From contig NC_058368.1 in assembly GCF_018350175.1 (NCBI RefSeq), positions 62,498,001-62,562,000 on the forward strand: 64,000 nucleotides of DNA. Direction: 5' to 3'. The stretch is from Felis catus (Eukaryota). Numbering within the stretch: the stretch's first letter is position 1; the number at the start of each line of letters is the position of its first letter. A program made the position numbers and the translations under genes. Shown here piece by piece: positions 26,117 to 38,310 of this stretch. The notes beneath the pieces were generated by a model. It was not told the DNA's origin. It worked only from the letters and a program-made list of their open reading frames with translations, and did not search any database.

Positions 26117-27943
26117 CTCTCAGAAAACACATGTAAGAAACAGAATATAAGGGTATAATTACAGAAGAGTTTTAATATCACTTGGAAGAGAACATAATAA
26201 CTAATCAAAGAAAAATCAACTTCACTTGTTACCTGAAGCTTTCTGTTGATTTTGAAATATAAATAATTACACTGTTCCTATTTTCCAGTAGAACATATTA
26301 CAATATGTTCATGAACATTAAAATACCAGGGCATAGGTTGTGTGTTTCAACATTTTACATTTTCTTCTTGTCTCTTATGTTTTCCTTTTTGTTAGCTTTT
26401 AATTATTTTAAATAATTGGTTTGCTTAATTGTTTGTTTGCTTTTCTTAATTATTTTAATATATGTAATTATACAATATAATCATAATATCAGATAAATAT
26501 AATTTTCATAGAAAATGTTCCTTAATTTTCTGTATTTAATTTATATTCTCATTATTTACTTTTAGAATATTAACTATTTTCCTTTATTACTTCAGTTTGT
26601 ACATTTTAACCTGCTTATATCTTGAAAAGTTTATAGTATGGTTTTTCCTGTGTACAATAATTTTCAATTTAATCAACCTGAGATTATGAAAATTCCTGAC
26701 TCCTCTATGGTAACAATATCAGTATTTTCACTAAATTAGTAAACGTTCAGAATCCCAGGATAATAGGACTAGCCTTAATGCACATGATTTTGGATCTAAT
26801 TAACACAACTGACATCCCATGTTGGAATATTCATTTTAATTAAATTAAAAACTGCCTACTCTTATATGGTTGAAGAAATCCAAAAGATATTGCATGACAA
26901 ACATAAAATGTGTTTTAAAAATACACTGAGTAGTATTTAACTCAGGGACTTCTGAAAAAGATAGTGTATAAGATACTAATTTTTAAGGAACTGTGTGATT
27001 TTTATTTCTAGTCATCGTATTAGAGAAGACCAAGATATTCATCTACCTTTTGTCTTTCAAATTTCTAATCCTTAACAGGTAAAACTGTCAATTCGACTTA
27101 ACAGATTCAATTTTCCATCTATACCCTCAGTATCCACATTAGAAAGGATACTCTCCTGTTTTCAAATATGAAAAACTCATTCATGTAACTTATTGAATTT
27201 TCATGTTTCAATTATTCAAAAACTATTTGAATATCCTATCACTACTGCTGTAATTTACAACTTCTCTAATTCGCAACTCCACTTTGTTCTTCTGTAATAT
27301 ATCTCTACATCTAGTTTCTTTGGTTTTTCTCTTATCATACTGCTCTGCAATCGTTTTGTCTTTCTCTTGTATTATAATATAATTTCCTTCAGGGAAGAAC
27401 AAAGTTATTATGAATGAGTTCTTCACAAATGAAAACAGAAGAGTCTCCTATATGTGGACACTGAAGGTAAAGATGAAAATTAGGTGCAACCTTCATGGAA
27501 AAACAGTGCCAAGAATGGAGGCTGGGAGTAAAAGTAAAAAAAAATCAAATGAATGACAACAACAAAAAAGGAAACTTGTCCAATCATCACTTGCCTCTAA
27601 GTCTAATGATGACAGCAATTTTCATTTCAGAGGACACTTTAGATGTTTGGTTGAGCATCCATTCAAATTAAGATGCACAGAGAATCTGCTAAAATGGTAA
27701 AATGAGCATAACTATACTTCCTCTAAAACTGAACTAATATTACCAGAACAGCACAAAATGAGACAGAACTGTTAAGCAGTTAGAAGAGAAACTTGAAAGA
27801 ACACGGATAAATATAATCAATTTAGCACAGAAACATAAAGAAATAAGCTGATTTGCTGGAAAATACTAATATCAGAAATTAGGGTGAGATCACTGAACAT
27901 AAAAGAGAAAAGATTTTTGTTTAGACTATTCTGTTTAAGAAAC

Positions 27944-28087
27944 AGACAGATGGTTAACTAGATTTATTGTGGGGATCATTTCATAATGTATAAAAATATT
28001 AAATCACTATGATGTACATCTGAAACTAACAGGATATTGCATATCAATTATATTTCAATTTTAAAAAATTAAAATTAAAATTAAAAT
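27944..28087 (+). mobile_element. L1 3' end
   Basis: 'gacagatggttaactag...tgtacatctgaaactaac...atcaattatatttcaatt' plus A-rich tail. Confidence 0.8.
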
Positions 28088-28306
28088 GACATTTTCTACA
28101 TTTCACAAGAACTCTCTGGATGCCCAAGAATATTTCACAAATACATGCAGGAGAATAATGAATCAGAGTTTCTAACAGATCGCTACAACTAAAAAATAAA
28201 TAAAGCACTTATTTCTCCATATCCCATTCCTGTTCCTCTATAATTGGGTAACAACCTTATCTCAACCAAGCAAAAGATTAGAAGCTAATTTGGGGGGAAG
28301 AAAAAT

Positions 28307-28488
28307 GGGGCATTTGGGTGAATCAGTCCATTGAGTATTGGAATCTTGATTTCTGCACAGGTCATTATCCCACAGTCGTGGGATCAAGTCCCCATTGGAC
28401 TCAGTGCTGAGCATGAAGTCTGCTTAAGATTCTCTCCCTCTGCCACCCTCCCTCCTCCTCTTTAAAAAAAATAGAATAAGAAGAAGAA
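28307..28488 (+). mobile_element. Older Can-SINE
   Basis: Diverged head 'ggggcatttgggtgaatcagtc', 'gcttaagattctctccctc', A tail. Confidence 0.85.
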
Positions 28489-31412
28489 ACTAATTCTATA
28501 GAGAGTGAATTAGAGGGACGCAGAACAGGTAGATACAAGGCAAAGCTGAGGGTGTTTTCTGAGGAATGGAATTAAGTAAAATTCGAGATAGGCAATATTG
28601 AATTCTTTAAGCCATCTTTAAATGCTAGGATTCTGAAAAGTTCTGAAAAGTGTATATGTGTCTGTGTCATACATACATATATGAGAGAGAGGGGCAGAGA
28701 GGGAGAGAGCGAGACGGAGGGAGTGTTTTATAGTAACACTGATTGTAAATGGGAATTTATACTGAAGTATGTCCAAATGTGCATCTGTGCAGCTACTTGT
28801 TTACCTGATATTATTTGTAGTTGTTTAATATATCCAGAATTCAATTGTGATAACATATATTTGCAATAATGCTTACTTTGTTTAGTAAGATTCTGGCATT
28901 AAAACACACGTAGGGCTACATATTGCAATGTAAGATTGATTATCCTTGTAAATTTATCTTTAAAATGCAGATATAGCTCTGGTAGCTCTGAGTAGAAATG
29001 AAATTGTCTCTTGCTAAAACCACCTGAGGATGAAATTAAACATATTTTAACTGGGCTATACCCACAGGAGGTCTTTGAAGACTCTGTTTGTATAGGAAAT
29101 GTATGAATTGCTTTTCTTACCTCCTGAGGTGACCCATGATGATGACCTCTATTGAAAAAATACGTGCTTTATAGCTTCCCCAGAGCAGAGGAAGTACCAA
29201 AAAAAAAGTAAAATAAATAAAACCTTAGCCTCCAAAAAGATTTCAAATGAGAGAGTTTGTCAAATAAACAAGTTTTTAGTCATTGTAAGTCATCAACTAT
29301 TAATAAGGGTGCATGCTTTCTATGGAAGGGTTTGTCTTATTTTTGTAAATTTATTTTTTCAAACATTTTTGCATCTTGGAAGACATTTACCTAACCTATA
29401 CAGCTTTGACCATTAATGCACCAAATTATTAAATAAAAATAACCTACCACTGATTAGTGTAAAAGTTAATCATCAGAACCAATAATATGGTTATTTATGG
29501 TAAGATCTACATTGAAATAAAAATAACATAAATATAGTATGTTAAAGCTCATTATAATACCCACGACATACAATTTTAAATTTTGTTTGGGTACTCATAT
29601 GAAAGTGTTTTCCTCTACATAATTCATGGAAGTAAAGTGCTGAGTGTATTATTTCATACTAGTTACTATACTACCATAGAGAAATCATGAATAGTGTTAA
29701 CTAATCCCTCTTTAGTAAACTGAAGCTCTGTTGCTTTATCCTATTTCAGCCGAATATTACATTATTTATATTTTTGCTGAAGTATATGAATATTGGGAGC
29801 ATAAGTAATATTAATGGAGTAAAGTTTAATGGAAAAGCCTGATCAATATCTAATTGCTATGCCCATATATAATGTATTGAATTACAAACTTTAATATAAT
29901 AGGCTATAAAATGTTTCAAATGAAAATTTACAAAATATATACACAAGTGTGTAATAACTTCAAAGAGCCAAAATATGTTAAAATTTATGAAATTTAATTT
30001 CTGCATACTGTTCAAATTAAATCAAATGCAATCAACAAATATGGTACCATTTCTATGTAGGCCTAAGGCAAAAGCATTGGAAGGAGACTACTCAACATTC
30101 AGATGTTGGAGGAGCCAAGATAGCAGAACAGCATGGAAGTTTTTGTGTGTCTCGCATCCATGAAATACAGCCAGACCAACACTAAACCATCCTACACACC
30201 TAGAAAACTGACTGGAGAATTATCACAAGAATCTGCACAACCTGAACCACAGAATTCAGCAGGTACGTGGTGGGAGAGGTGAACTTGGGGAGAGAGAAGC
30301 CAGCAGTGGGCAAGGAGCCGCTTTTGCAAGCTGATAGAGGATGGAGACTGGGGTGGGGGTGGGGGGAGGACACGGGAAAAGCACCTCTTCCCAAAAGCGG
30401 CTGGAGAGAAAGTGGAAAATTGGAAACAGCCACAGGGGCTAAACTAAAAAGGGAGAAAGGAGAAAGGAGAGGGTTTAAATTCCATTAAGACTGTAAACAA
30501 GGGGGGCACAAAGTCTGCAACTCCGCAGCTCAATACGTGGCGGTGCTCTGGTGGGAAGGGCGAATGCCCAGGAACAGAGTGGGGTCCGGGAGGTTCTCGG
30601 GCCACAAGAGGGAAAGCGGTTCCATGGCTGGAAGGAAATTTGGTAGAGACTGTTGAAGCCACCTGGTCTCAGCAGACCCCGGAAGGCGGCCACATTCGCT
30701 GGTGCTGGAACAAGGTCGTTAAGAGTGAAGCCTGGTGCCAGATGTGTGTGGTGATTTTCCATTATCCCTGAAAAGCTGCAGCTACACTATCTCGCAAACT
30801 TTTTCTGGGGCAGGCTGGCACCTGGCCGCAGTCTCGGGGCACTGGCAGCAGGAGGGTCCCACAAGCGTTTTTGGGTGCAGCCGGCATTTGGCCATTGCTC
30901 AGTGAGACCCTCCTGCAGAGGGGTGGAACGGGTCAAAGCCGCAGTCCTTCAGAAGTAAGGGGACAGGGAAAACAGCCACATCTAAGACAAAACTCAGGAA
31001 AGAGGTACTGCCTGGGGTTTGGTCATGGACAGTGAAGAAGCAGGGAGTGGAGGAGAGTTGAAGACAGAGGACAGGTGTGTGATTGCTGACTGGAGAGAAC
31101 AGAGTTCCAATACTAGAGACTGGGTAGCTGGGTGACACCATTTTCACCACGCCCAAGCATGCACATATGCACCTATGAGCCCTGCAACAATCCACCCCAG
31201 TAGGTTAGCAGCGCCATCTAGTGGAGAACGGAGCTGGGCCAACCTCGCTCTTCAAGACCACAAGTCTCACCACCTACTATGTTTATGGACTATAAAGTGC
31301 TACATAGTCTGACTTCTAGGGAAAAATGAAGTAATTTCAGTCCTATTTCAATCTGTTAGCAGGTTCATCTATTCAATTTTTTTCTTTTTTTTCTCTTTTA
31401 CACATCTTTTCT

Positions 31413-32275
31413 TTTTCTTGAATATAGAAAGAGAAAAAATTCATTTTTATTTTCAATTTTTATTAAAAATTCTTTAATTTTTTTACTATGTTTTTTACTT
31501 TTGTGTAATTTTTTTAAGCATGATGGAGTCTTTTTTTTTATTTTTTGTTAACGTTTATTTATTTTTGAGACAGAGAGAGACAGAGCATGAACGGGGGAGG
31601 GGCAGAGAGAGAGGGAGAGACACAGAATCAGAAGCTGGCTCCAGGCTCCGAGCCATCGGCCCAGAGCCCAACGCAGGGCTCGAACTCATGGACCACGAGA
31701 TCGTGACCTGAGTCGAAGTTGGACGCTTAACTGACTGAGCCATGCAGGCGCCCCTGTGCAATTTTTTCCAAATTCTATTTTACTTCAATCATTTTATTTT
31801 AGTCTACTTCAGTGTATTCACCTTTTCAAATTTTCAAATTATTTCCTTTAGTCTTTTTCTTTTTTCTCTTTTTTATTTTTTTTCTTGAATGCAGAAAGAC
31901 AAAAAGTTCATTTTTACTTTCAATTTCTATTTAAAATATTTTTATTTAATTTTTACTATATTTTTTGCTTTTATGTAAATTATTTCAAATTATATTTTAC
32001 TTCTGTCGTTTTATTTTAGTCTACTAAAGTGTATTCACATTTTCAAATTTTCAAACGATTTTTTTTCTCTTTTTCGTTTCTTTTCTTTTTCTTGAATACA
32101 GAAAGAGAAAAAAATCATTTTTATTTTTAAGTTTTATTAAAAATATTTTTCTTTAATTTTTTTCTACTATATTCTTTACTTTTGTGTAATTTTTTTTTAA
32201 ATTCTATTTTACTCCCATCATCTCATTGTAGTCTACTTCAGTGTATTCATTTTTCAAATTCTCAAGCAATTTCCT
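31413..32275 (+). repeat. Three ~205-bp T-rich tandem units in the L1 5' UTR
   Basis: Each unit starts 'ttttcttgaat..agaaaga.aaaaa' (~31413, ~31881, ~32087) and contains 'tagtctact...agtgtattca...ttttcaaatt'. Confidence 0.85.
31531..31754 (-). mobile_element. Feline SINE inserted in the L1 5' UTR
   Basis: Full antisense SINE; TSD tgtg(t/c)aatttttt (31502-31514 / 31755-31767). Confidence 0.95.
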
Positions 32276-32470
32276 TCCCCTCCCCCCTTTTTCTTTCTCT
32301 AATCTGTCAAACCACTTTCAACACCCAGACCAAAACACACCTAGGATCTAGCATCATTTATTAGATTTTTTTGTCTGTGTGTGTTTTTAATTTTTTAACT
32401 TTAATATGTTTTTAATTTTAATTTTTTATTTTAATTTTTCTACCTCATTAATTCCTTTTCTACCTTCAAA

Positions 32471-33345
32471 ATGAGAAAACAAAGGCATTCACTCCTAAAG
32501 AAAGAGCACGAAGAAACGACAGCCAGACATTTAACCAACACAGATATAAGCAAGATGTCTGAACCAGAATTTAGAATCACGATAATAAGAATACTAGCTG
32601 GAGTCGAAAATAGATTAGAATCCCTTTCTGCAGAGATAAAAGAAGCAAAAAATAGCCAGAATGAAATTAAAAATGCTATAACTGAGCTGCAATCACGAAT
32701 GGAGCAGCGGCGGCAAGGATGGACAAGGCAGAATAGAGAAACAGCAATATAGAGAACAAACTAATAGATAATAATGAGGTAGGAAAAAGAGAGAGATGAA
32801 GGCAAAAGAGCACCATTTAAGAATTAGAGAAATCAGTGACTCATTAAAAAGGAACATCAGAATCATAGGGGCCCCAGAAGAGGAAGAGAGAGAAATAGGG
32901 GTAGAAGGGTTATGTGAGCAAATCATAGCGGAAAACTTTCACAACCTGGGAAAAGACACAGACATCAAAATCCAGGAAGCACAGAGGACCCCCATTAGAT
33001 TTTTAAAAAAACCCAACCATCAACAAGGCATATCATAGTCAAATTCATAAAACACTCAGGCAAGGAGAGAATCATGAAAGCAGCAAGGGAAAAAAAAGTC
33101 CCTAACCTACAAGGAAAGACAGATGAGGTTTGCAGCAAACCTATCCACAGAAACTTGGCAGTCCAGAAAGGAGTGGTGGGATATAGTCAATGTGCTAAAT
33201 CAGAAAAATATGCAGCCAAGAATTCTTTATCCAGTAAGGCTGTAATTCAAAATAGAAGGAGAGATAAAAAGTTTCGCAGACAAAAATTAAAGTAGTTTGT
33301 GACCATAAACCAGTGCTGCAAGAAATCTTAAGGGGGACTCTCTGA
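32471..33345 (+). pseudogene. L1 ORF1p (RNA-binding chaperone), disrupted
   Basis: Fragments 'MSEPEFRITIIRILAG', 'RNIRIIGAPEEEE...IIAENF...IQEAQRTP'; frameshifts and stops. Confidence 0.93.
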
Positions 33346-33363
33346 GGGGAGAAAAGATGAAAA

Positions 33364-33403
33364 TATACATACATACATACATACATACATACATACATAC
33401 ATA
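33364..33403. repeat. (TACA)n microsatellite in the L1 inter-ORF spacer
   Basis: Seen directly. Confidence 0.93.
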
Positions 33404-33468
33404 CCAAAAGCAACAAAGATTAGAAAGGACCAGAGAATGCCACCAGAAACTCCAACTGTACAAGCATA

Positions 33469-36400
33469 ATGGCAATAAATTCATATCTTTCAGTACTCAC
33501 TCTAAACGTCAAAGGACTCAATGCTCCAATCAAAGGATATAGGGTAACAGAATAGATAAGAAAACAAGATCCATCTATATGCTGTTTACAAGAGACCCAC
33601 TTTAGACCTAAAGACACCTTCAGATTGAAAATAAGGGGATGGAGAACAATCTATCATGCTAATGGCCAACAAAAGAAAGCCGGAGTGGCCATACTTATGT
33701 CAGACAATCTAGACTTTAAAATAAAGACCATGTCAAGAGATGCAGAGGGTATTATATCATAATCAAGGGGTCTATCCACCAAGAAGACCTAACAATTGTA
33801 AACATTTATGCGCCAAATGTCAGAGCACCCAAATATATAAATCAATTAATCACAAACATAAACTCTTTGATAGCAATACCATATTAGTAGGAGACTTCAA
33901 CACCCCACTCACAGCAATGGAGTGCTCACCCCACTCACAGCAATCAAAAATCAACAAGGAAACAATGGCTTTGAATGACACACCAGACCACATGGACTTA
34001 ACAGATATATTCAGAACATTTCATCCTAAAGCAGCAGAATATACATTCTTCTCCAGTGCACGTGGAACGTTCTCCAGATAGACCACATACTAGGATACAA
34101 ATCAGCCCTCAGCAATTACAAAAAGTCAAGATCACACCGTGCATATTTTCAGACCACAATGCTGTGAAACTTGAAATCAACCACAAGAAAAAAATTGGAA
34201 AGGTAACAAATACTTGGAGACTGAAGAACATCCTACTAAAGAATGAATGAGCTAACCAAGCAATTAAAGAGGAAATTAAAAAGTATATGGAAGTCAATGA
34301 AAATGATAACACCACAACCTAAAACCTCTGGGACACAGAAAGGTGGTCATAAGAGGAAAGTATATAGCAATCCAGGCCTTCCTAAAGAAGGAAGAAAGAT
34401 CTCACATATACAACCTAACGTTACACCTTAAGGAGCTGGAAAAAGAACAGCAAATAAAACCCAAAACCAGCAGAAGACAGGAAATAATAAACATTAGAGC
34501 AGAAATTAATGCTATCAAAACCAAAAAACAAACAAGCCAACAAACCAACCAACAAACAAACAGAAAACAGTAGAACAGATCAATGAAACCAGAAGCTGGT
34601 TCTTTGAAAGAATTAACAAAATTGATAAGCTACTAGCTAGTTTGATCAAAAAGAAAAAGGACTCAAATAAATAAAATCAAGAATGAAAGAGAAGAGATCA
34701 CAACCAACACATCAGAAATAAAGACAATAATAAGAGAATATTATGAGCAATTATATGCCAACAAAATGGGCAATCTGGAAGACATGGACAAATTCCTAAA
34801 AACATATACACTACCAAAACTGAAACAGGAAGAAATAGAAAATTTGAACAGACCCATTACCAGTAAGGAAATTGAATTAGTAATCAAAAATCTGCCAAAA
34901 AACAAGAGTCCAGGGCCAGATGGCTTTCCAGGGGAATTTTACCAAACATTTAAGGAAGAGTTAACACCTATACTCTTGAAGGTGTTCCAAAAAATAGAAA
35001 TGGAAGGAAAACATCCAAACTCTTCCTAAGAAGCCAGGATTACCTTGATTCCAAAACCAGAGAGAGACCCCACTAAAAAGGGGAACTATAGACCAATGTC
35101 CCTGATGAACACGGATGCAAAAATTCTCCACAAGATAGTAGCCAACCGGATCCAACAATACATTAAAAAAATTATTCACCACGACCAAGTGGGATTTATA
35201 CCTGGGATGCAGGGCTGGTTCAATATCCACAAAACAATTAACGTGATTCATCACATCAATAAAAGAAAGGACAAGTACCATATGATCCTCTCAATAGATG
35301 CAGAGAAAGCATTTGACAAAATACAGCATCCTTTCTTGATAAAAACCCTCAAGAAACTAGGGATAGAAGGATCATACCTCGAGATCATAAAAGCCATATA
35401 TGAACGACCCAACACTAATATCGTCCTCAATGGGGAAAAACTGAGAGCTTTCCCCCTAGGGTCAGGAACAAGACAGGGATGTCCACTCTTGCCACTGTTA
35501 TTCAACATAGTATTGGACGTCTTAGCCTCTGCAATCAGACAACACAAAGAAATAAAAGGTATCCAAATCATCCAGGGGGAGGTCAAACTTTCACTCTTCA
35601 CAGATGACATGATACTCTATATGGAAAACCCAAAAGATCCCACCAAAAACCGATAGAATTGATTCATGAATTCAGCAAAGTTGCAGGATATAAAATTAAT
35701 GCACAGAAATTGGTTGCATTCCTCTACACCAACAATGAAGCAACAGAAAGAGAAATCGAGGAATCGATCCCATTTACAGTTGCACAAAAAACCATAAAAT
35801 ACCTAGGAATAAATCTAACCAAAGAGGTGAAAAATCTATACACTGAAAACTATAGAAAGCTTGGAAAGAAATTGAAGAAGACACAAAAAAATGGAAAAAG
35901 ATTCCATGCTCCTGGATAGGAAGAACAAATATTGTTAAAATGTTGATACTACCCAAAGCAATCTACATATTCAGTGCAATCCCTATCAAAATAACACCAG
36001 CATTCTTCACAGAGCTAGAACAAATAATCCTAAAATTTGTATGGAACCAGAAAAGATAGCGAATAGCCAAAGCAATCTTGAAAAAGAAAACCAAAGCAGG
36101 AGGCATCACAATCCCAGACTTCAAGCTATACTACAAAGCTGTAATCATAAAGACAGTATGGTACTGGCACAAGAACAGACACTCAGGTCAATGGAACAGA
36201 ATAGAGAACCCAGAAATGGACCCACAAACGTATGGCCAACTCATCTTTGACAAAGCAGGAAAGAATATCCAATAGAATAAAGACAGTCTCTTCAGCAAGT
36301 AGTGCTGGGAAAACTGGACAGCAACATGCAGAAGAATGAACCTGGACCACTTTCTTACACCATACAAAAAAATAAACTCAAAATGGATGAAAGACCTAAA

Positions 36401-37300
36401 TGTAAGACAGGAAGCCATCAAAATCCTCGAAAAGAAAGCAAGCAAAACTCTCTTTGATCATGGCCACAGCAACTTCTTACTCAACACATCTCCAGAGGCA
36501 AGGGAAACAAAAGCAAAAATGAACTACTGGGATCTCATCAAAATAAAAAGCTTCTGTACAGCCAAGGAAACAATCAGCAAAACTAAAAGGCAACCGATAG
36601 AATGGGAGAAGATATTTGCAAATGACATATCAGATAAAGGGTTAGTATCCAAAATCTATAAAGAACTTTTCAAACTCAACACTCAAAAAATAAACAATCC
36701 AGTGAAGAAATGAGCAAAAGACATGAATGGGCACTTCTCCAATGACAACATCCAGATAGCCAACCGACACATGAAAAAATGCTCAACATCACTCATCATC
36801 AGGGAAATACAAATCAAAACCACAATGAGATACCACCTGACACCTGTCAGAATGGCTAACATTAACAACTCAGGCACCAACACATGTTGGTGAAGATGCA
36901 GAGAAAGAGGATCTTTTTTGCACTGTTGGTGGAATGCAAGCTGGTGCAGCCACTCTGGAAAACAGTATGGAGGTTCCTCAAAAAACTAAAAATAGAACTA
37001 CCCTACCACCCAGTAATTGCACTACTAGACATTTATCCATTTAGGGATACAGGTGTGCTGTTTCGAAGGGACACATGCACCCCCATGTTTCTAGCAGCAC
37101 TATCAACAATAGCCAAAGTATGGAAAGAGCCCAAATTTCCATTGATCGATGAATGGATAAAGAAGATGTGGTATGTATACACAATGGAGTATTACTTGGC
37201 AATCAAAAAGAATGAAATCTTGCCATTTGCAACTACGTGGATGGAACTGGAGGGTATTATGCCAAGTGAAATTAGTCAGAGAGAGACAAAAATCATATGA
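33469..37300 (+). pseudogene. L1 ORF2p (endonuclease, reverse transcriptase, Cys-rich domain), disrupted
   Basis: EN motifs GDFNTPL and SDHN; Z domain [10 protein letters not shown] motifs [21 protein letters not shown] (FADD variant), KYLGI; several premature stops and frameshifts. Confidence 0.96.
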
Positions 37301-37989
37301 ATTCACTCATATGAGGACTTTAAGAGACAAAACAGATGAACATAAGGGAAGGGCAACAAAAGTAATATAAAAACAGGGAGGGGGACAAAACAGAAGAGAC
37401 TCATAAATATGGAGAACAAAATGAGGATTACGGGAGGGGCTGTGGGAGATGGGGATGGGCTAAATGGGTAAGAGGCAATAAGGAATCTACTCTTGAGATC
37501 ACTGTTGCACTATATGCTAATTTGGATGTAAATTTTAAAAAAATAAAAAATAAAACAAGTTAAAAGAAAAAAAAGAAAAACAAGCATTGGAAAGAAGCCA
37601 AAAGAAGAACAACAAATAGACTTAACTAGTATGTACTGTACCTGAAAGATTAAACCTGATAATTGAATCAGGTAAAAAAAAAAAAAAAAAAAGCAACAAC
37701 AACAACAAGAGAAGAACCCAAAATGTCAAATACCAGTAGAAGACCACAACAGATGATGAGTAAGGAAAGTACTATTTCAACTTGTTTGAATTTTATAGAC
37801 AATATCTGCTATAAGAATTCAGTGTCTGAGCTATTACTCTAGGTTAGGCAATTATAATGTGGATATGGTAAATTGCTGTATAGGAGGTATCTGAAGATCA
37901 CACAGAGCAGGTGACTGAGAAATTTAAATGCTTAAAAAATAAGGTAGTAAATTTAGTTTGGCAGTATCATCAAGAATGTCCAAGGAATG

Positions 37990-38310
37990 GTAGGGTTGGG
38001 GAGGAGAAATTGGATGAAGATCATCAAAAGGTAACCAAACTTCCAGTTAAGGGGAATCTGACTGGCTCAGTCAATGCAGCATGCTACTCTTGATCTTGGG
38101 GTTGTGAGTTCGAGTCTCATGTTGGGGGAGAATTTATACATTAAAAAAATTTTAAATACTTGTTTAAAAAAGAAGGTACAAACTTCCAGTTTTACAAGAT
38201 AAATAAGCAGTAGGGACATAATGTACAATATGATGACTACTGCTAACTCCTGAGTGACAAATAGGAAGTTATTAAGAGAGTAAATCCTAAGAGTCTCATT
38301 ACAAAAAGAA
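37990..38310 (+). mobile_element. Old L1 3' end (L1MA9-like) containing a SINE
   Basis: 'caaaaggta..caaacttccagtt...agataaataag...taagagagtaaatcctaagagt'. Confidence 0.75.
38051..38172 (+). mobile_element. Short, older Can-SINE
   Basis: 'ctgactggctcagtc...gatcttggggttgtgagttcgag'; TSD core caaacttccagtt on both sides. Confidence 0.9.

Larger units (their letters stand above)
30108..37581 (+). mobile_element. Full-length carnivore/feline LINE-1, inactive
   Basis: 5' start GGAGGAGCCAAGATAGC, GC-rich 5' UTR, ORF1, ORF2, G-rich 3' UTR, poly-A; TSD aagcattggaa (30072-30082 / 37582-37592). Confidence 0.97.

Noticed and set aside
30108..31260. GC/CpG-rich region as a host gene promoter
   Set aside because: It is the L1 5' UTR, inside the TSD-bounded element.
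31413..32275. Repeat array as CRISPR-like or satellite DNA
   Set aside because: Mammalian context; long diverged tandem units without unique spacers, internal to an L1 UTR.
35045..35656. 203-aa reverse transcriptase ORF as an active or novel RT system
   Set aside because: It is a fragment of ordinary L1 ORF2 bounded by premature stops; the element is not coding-competent.
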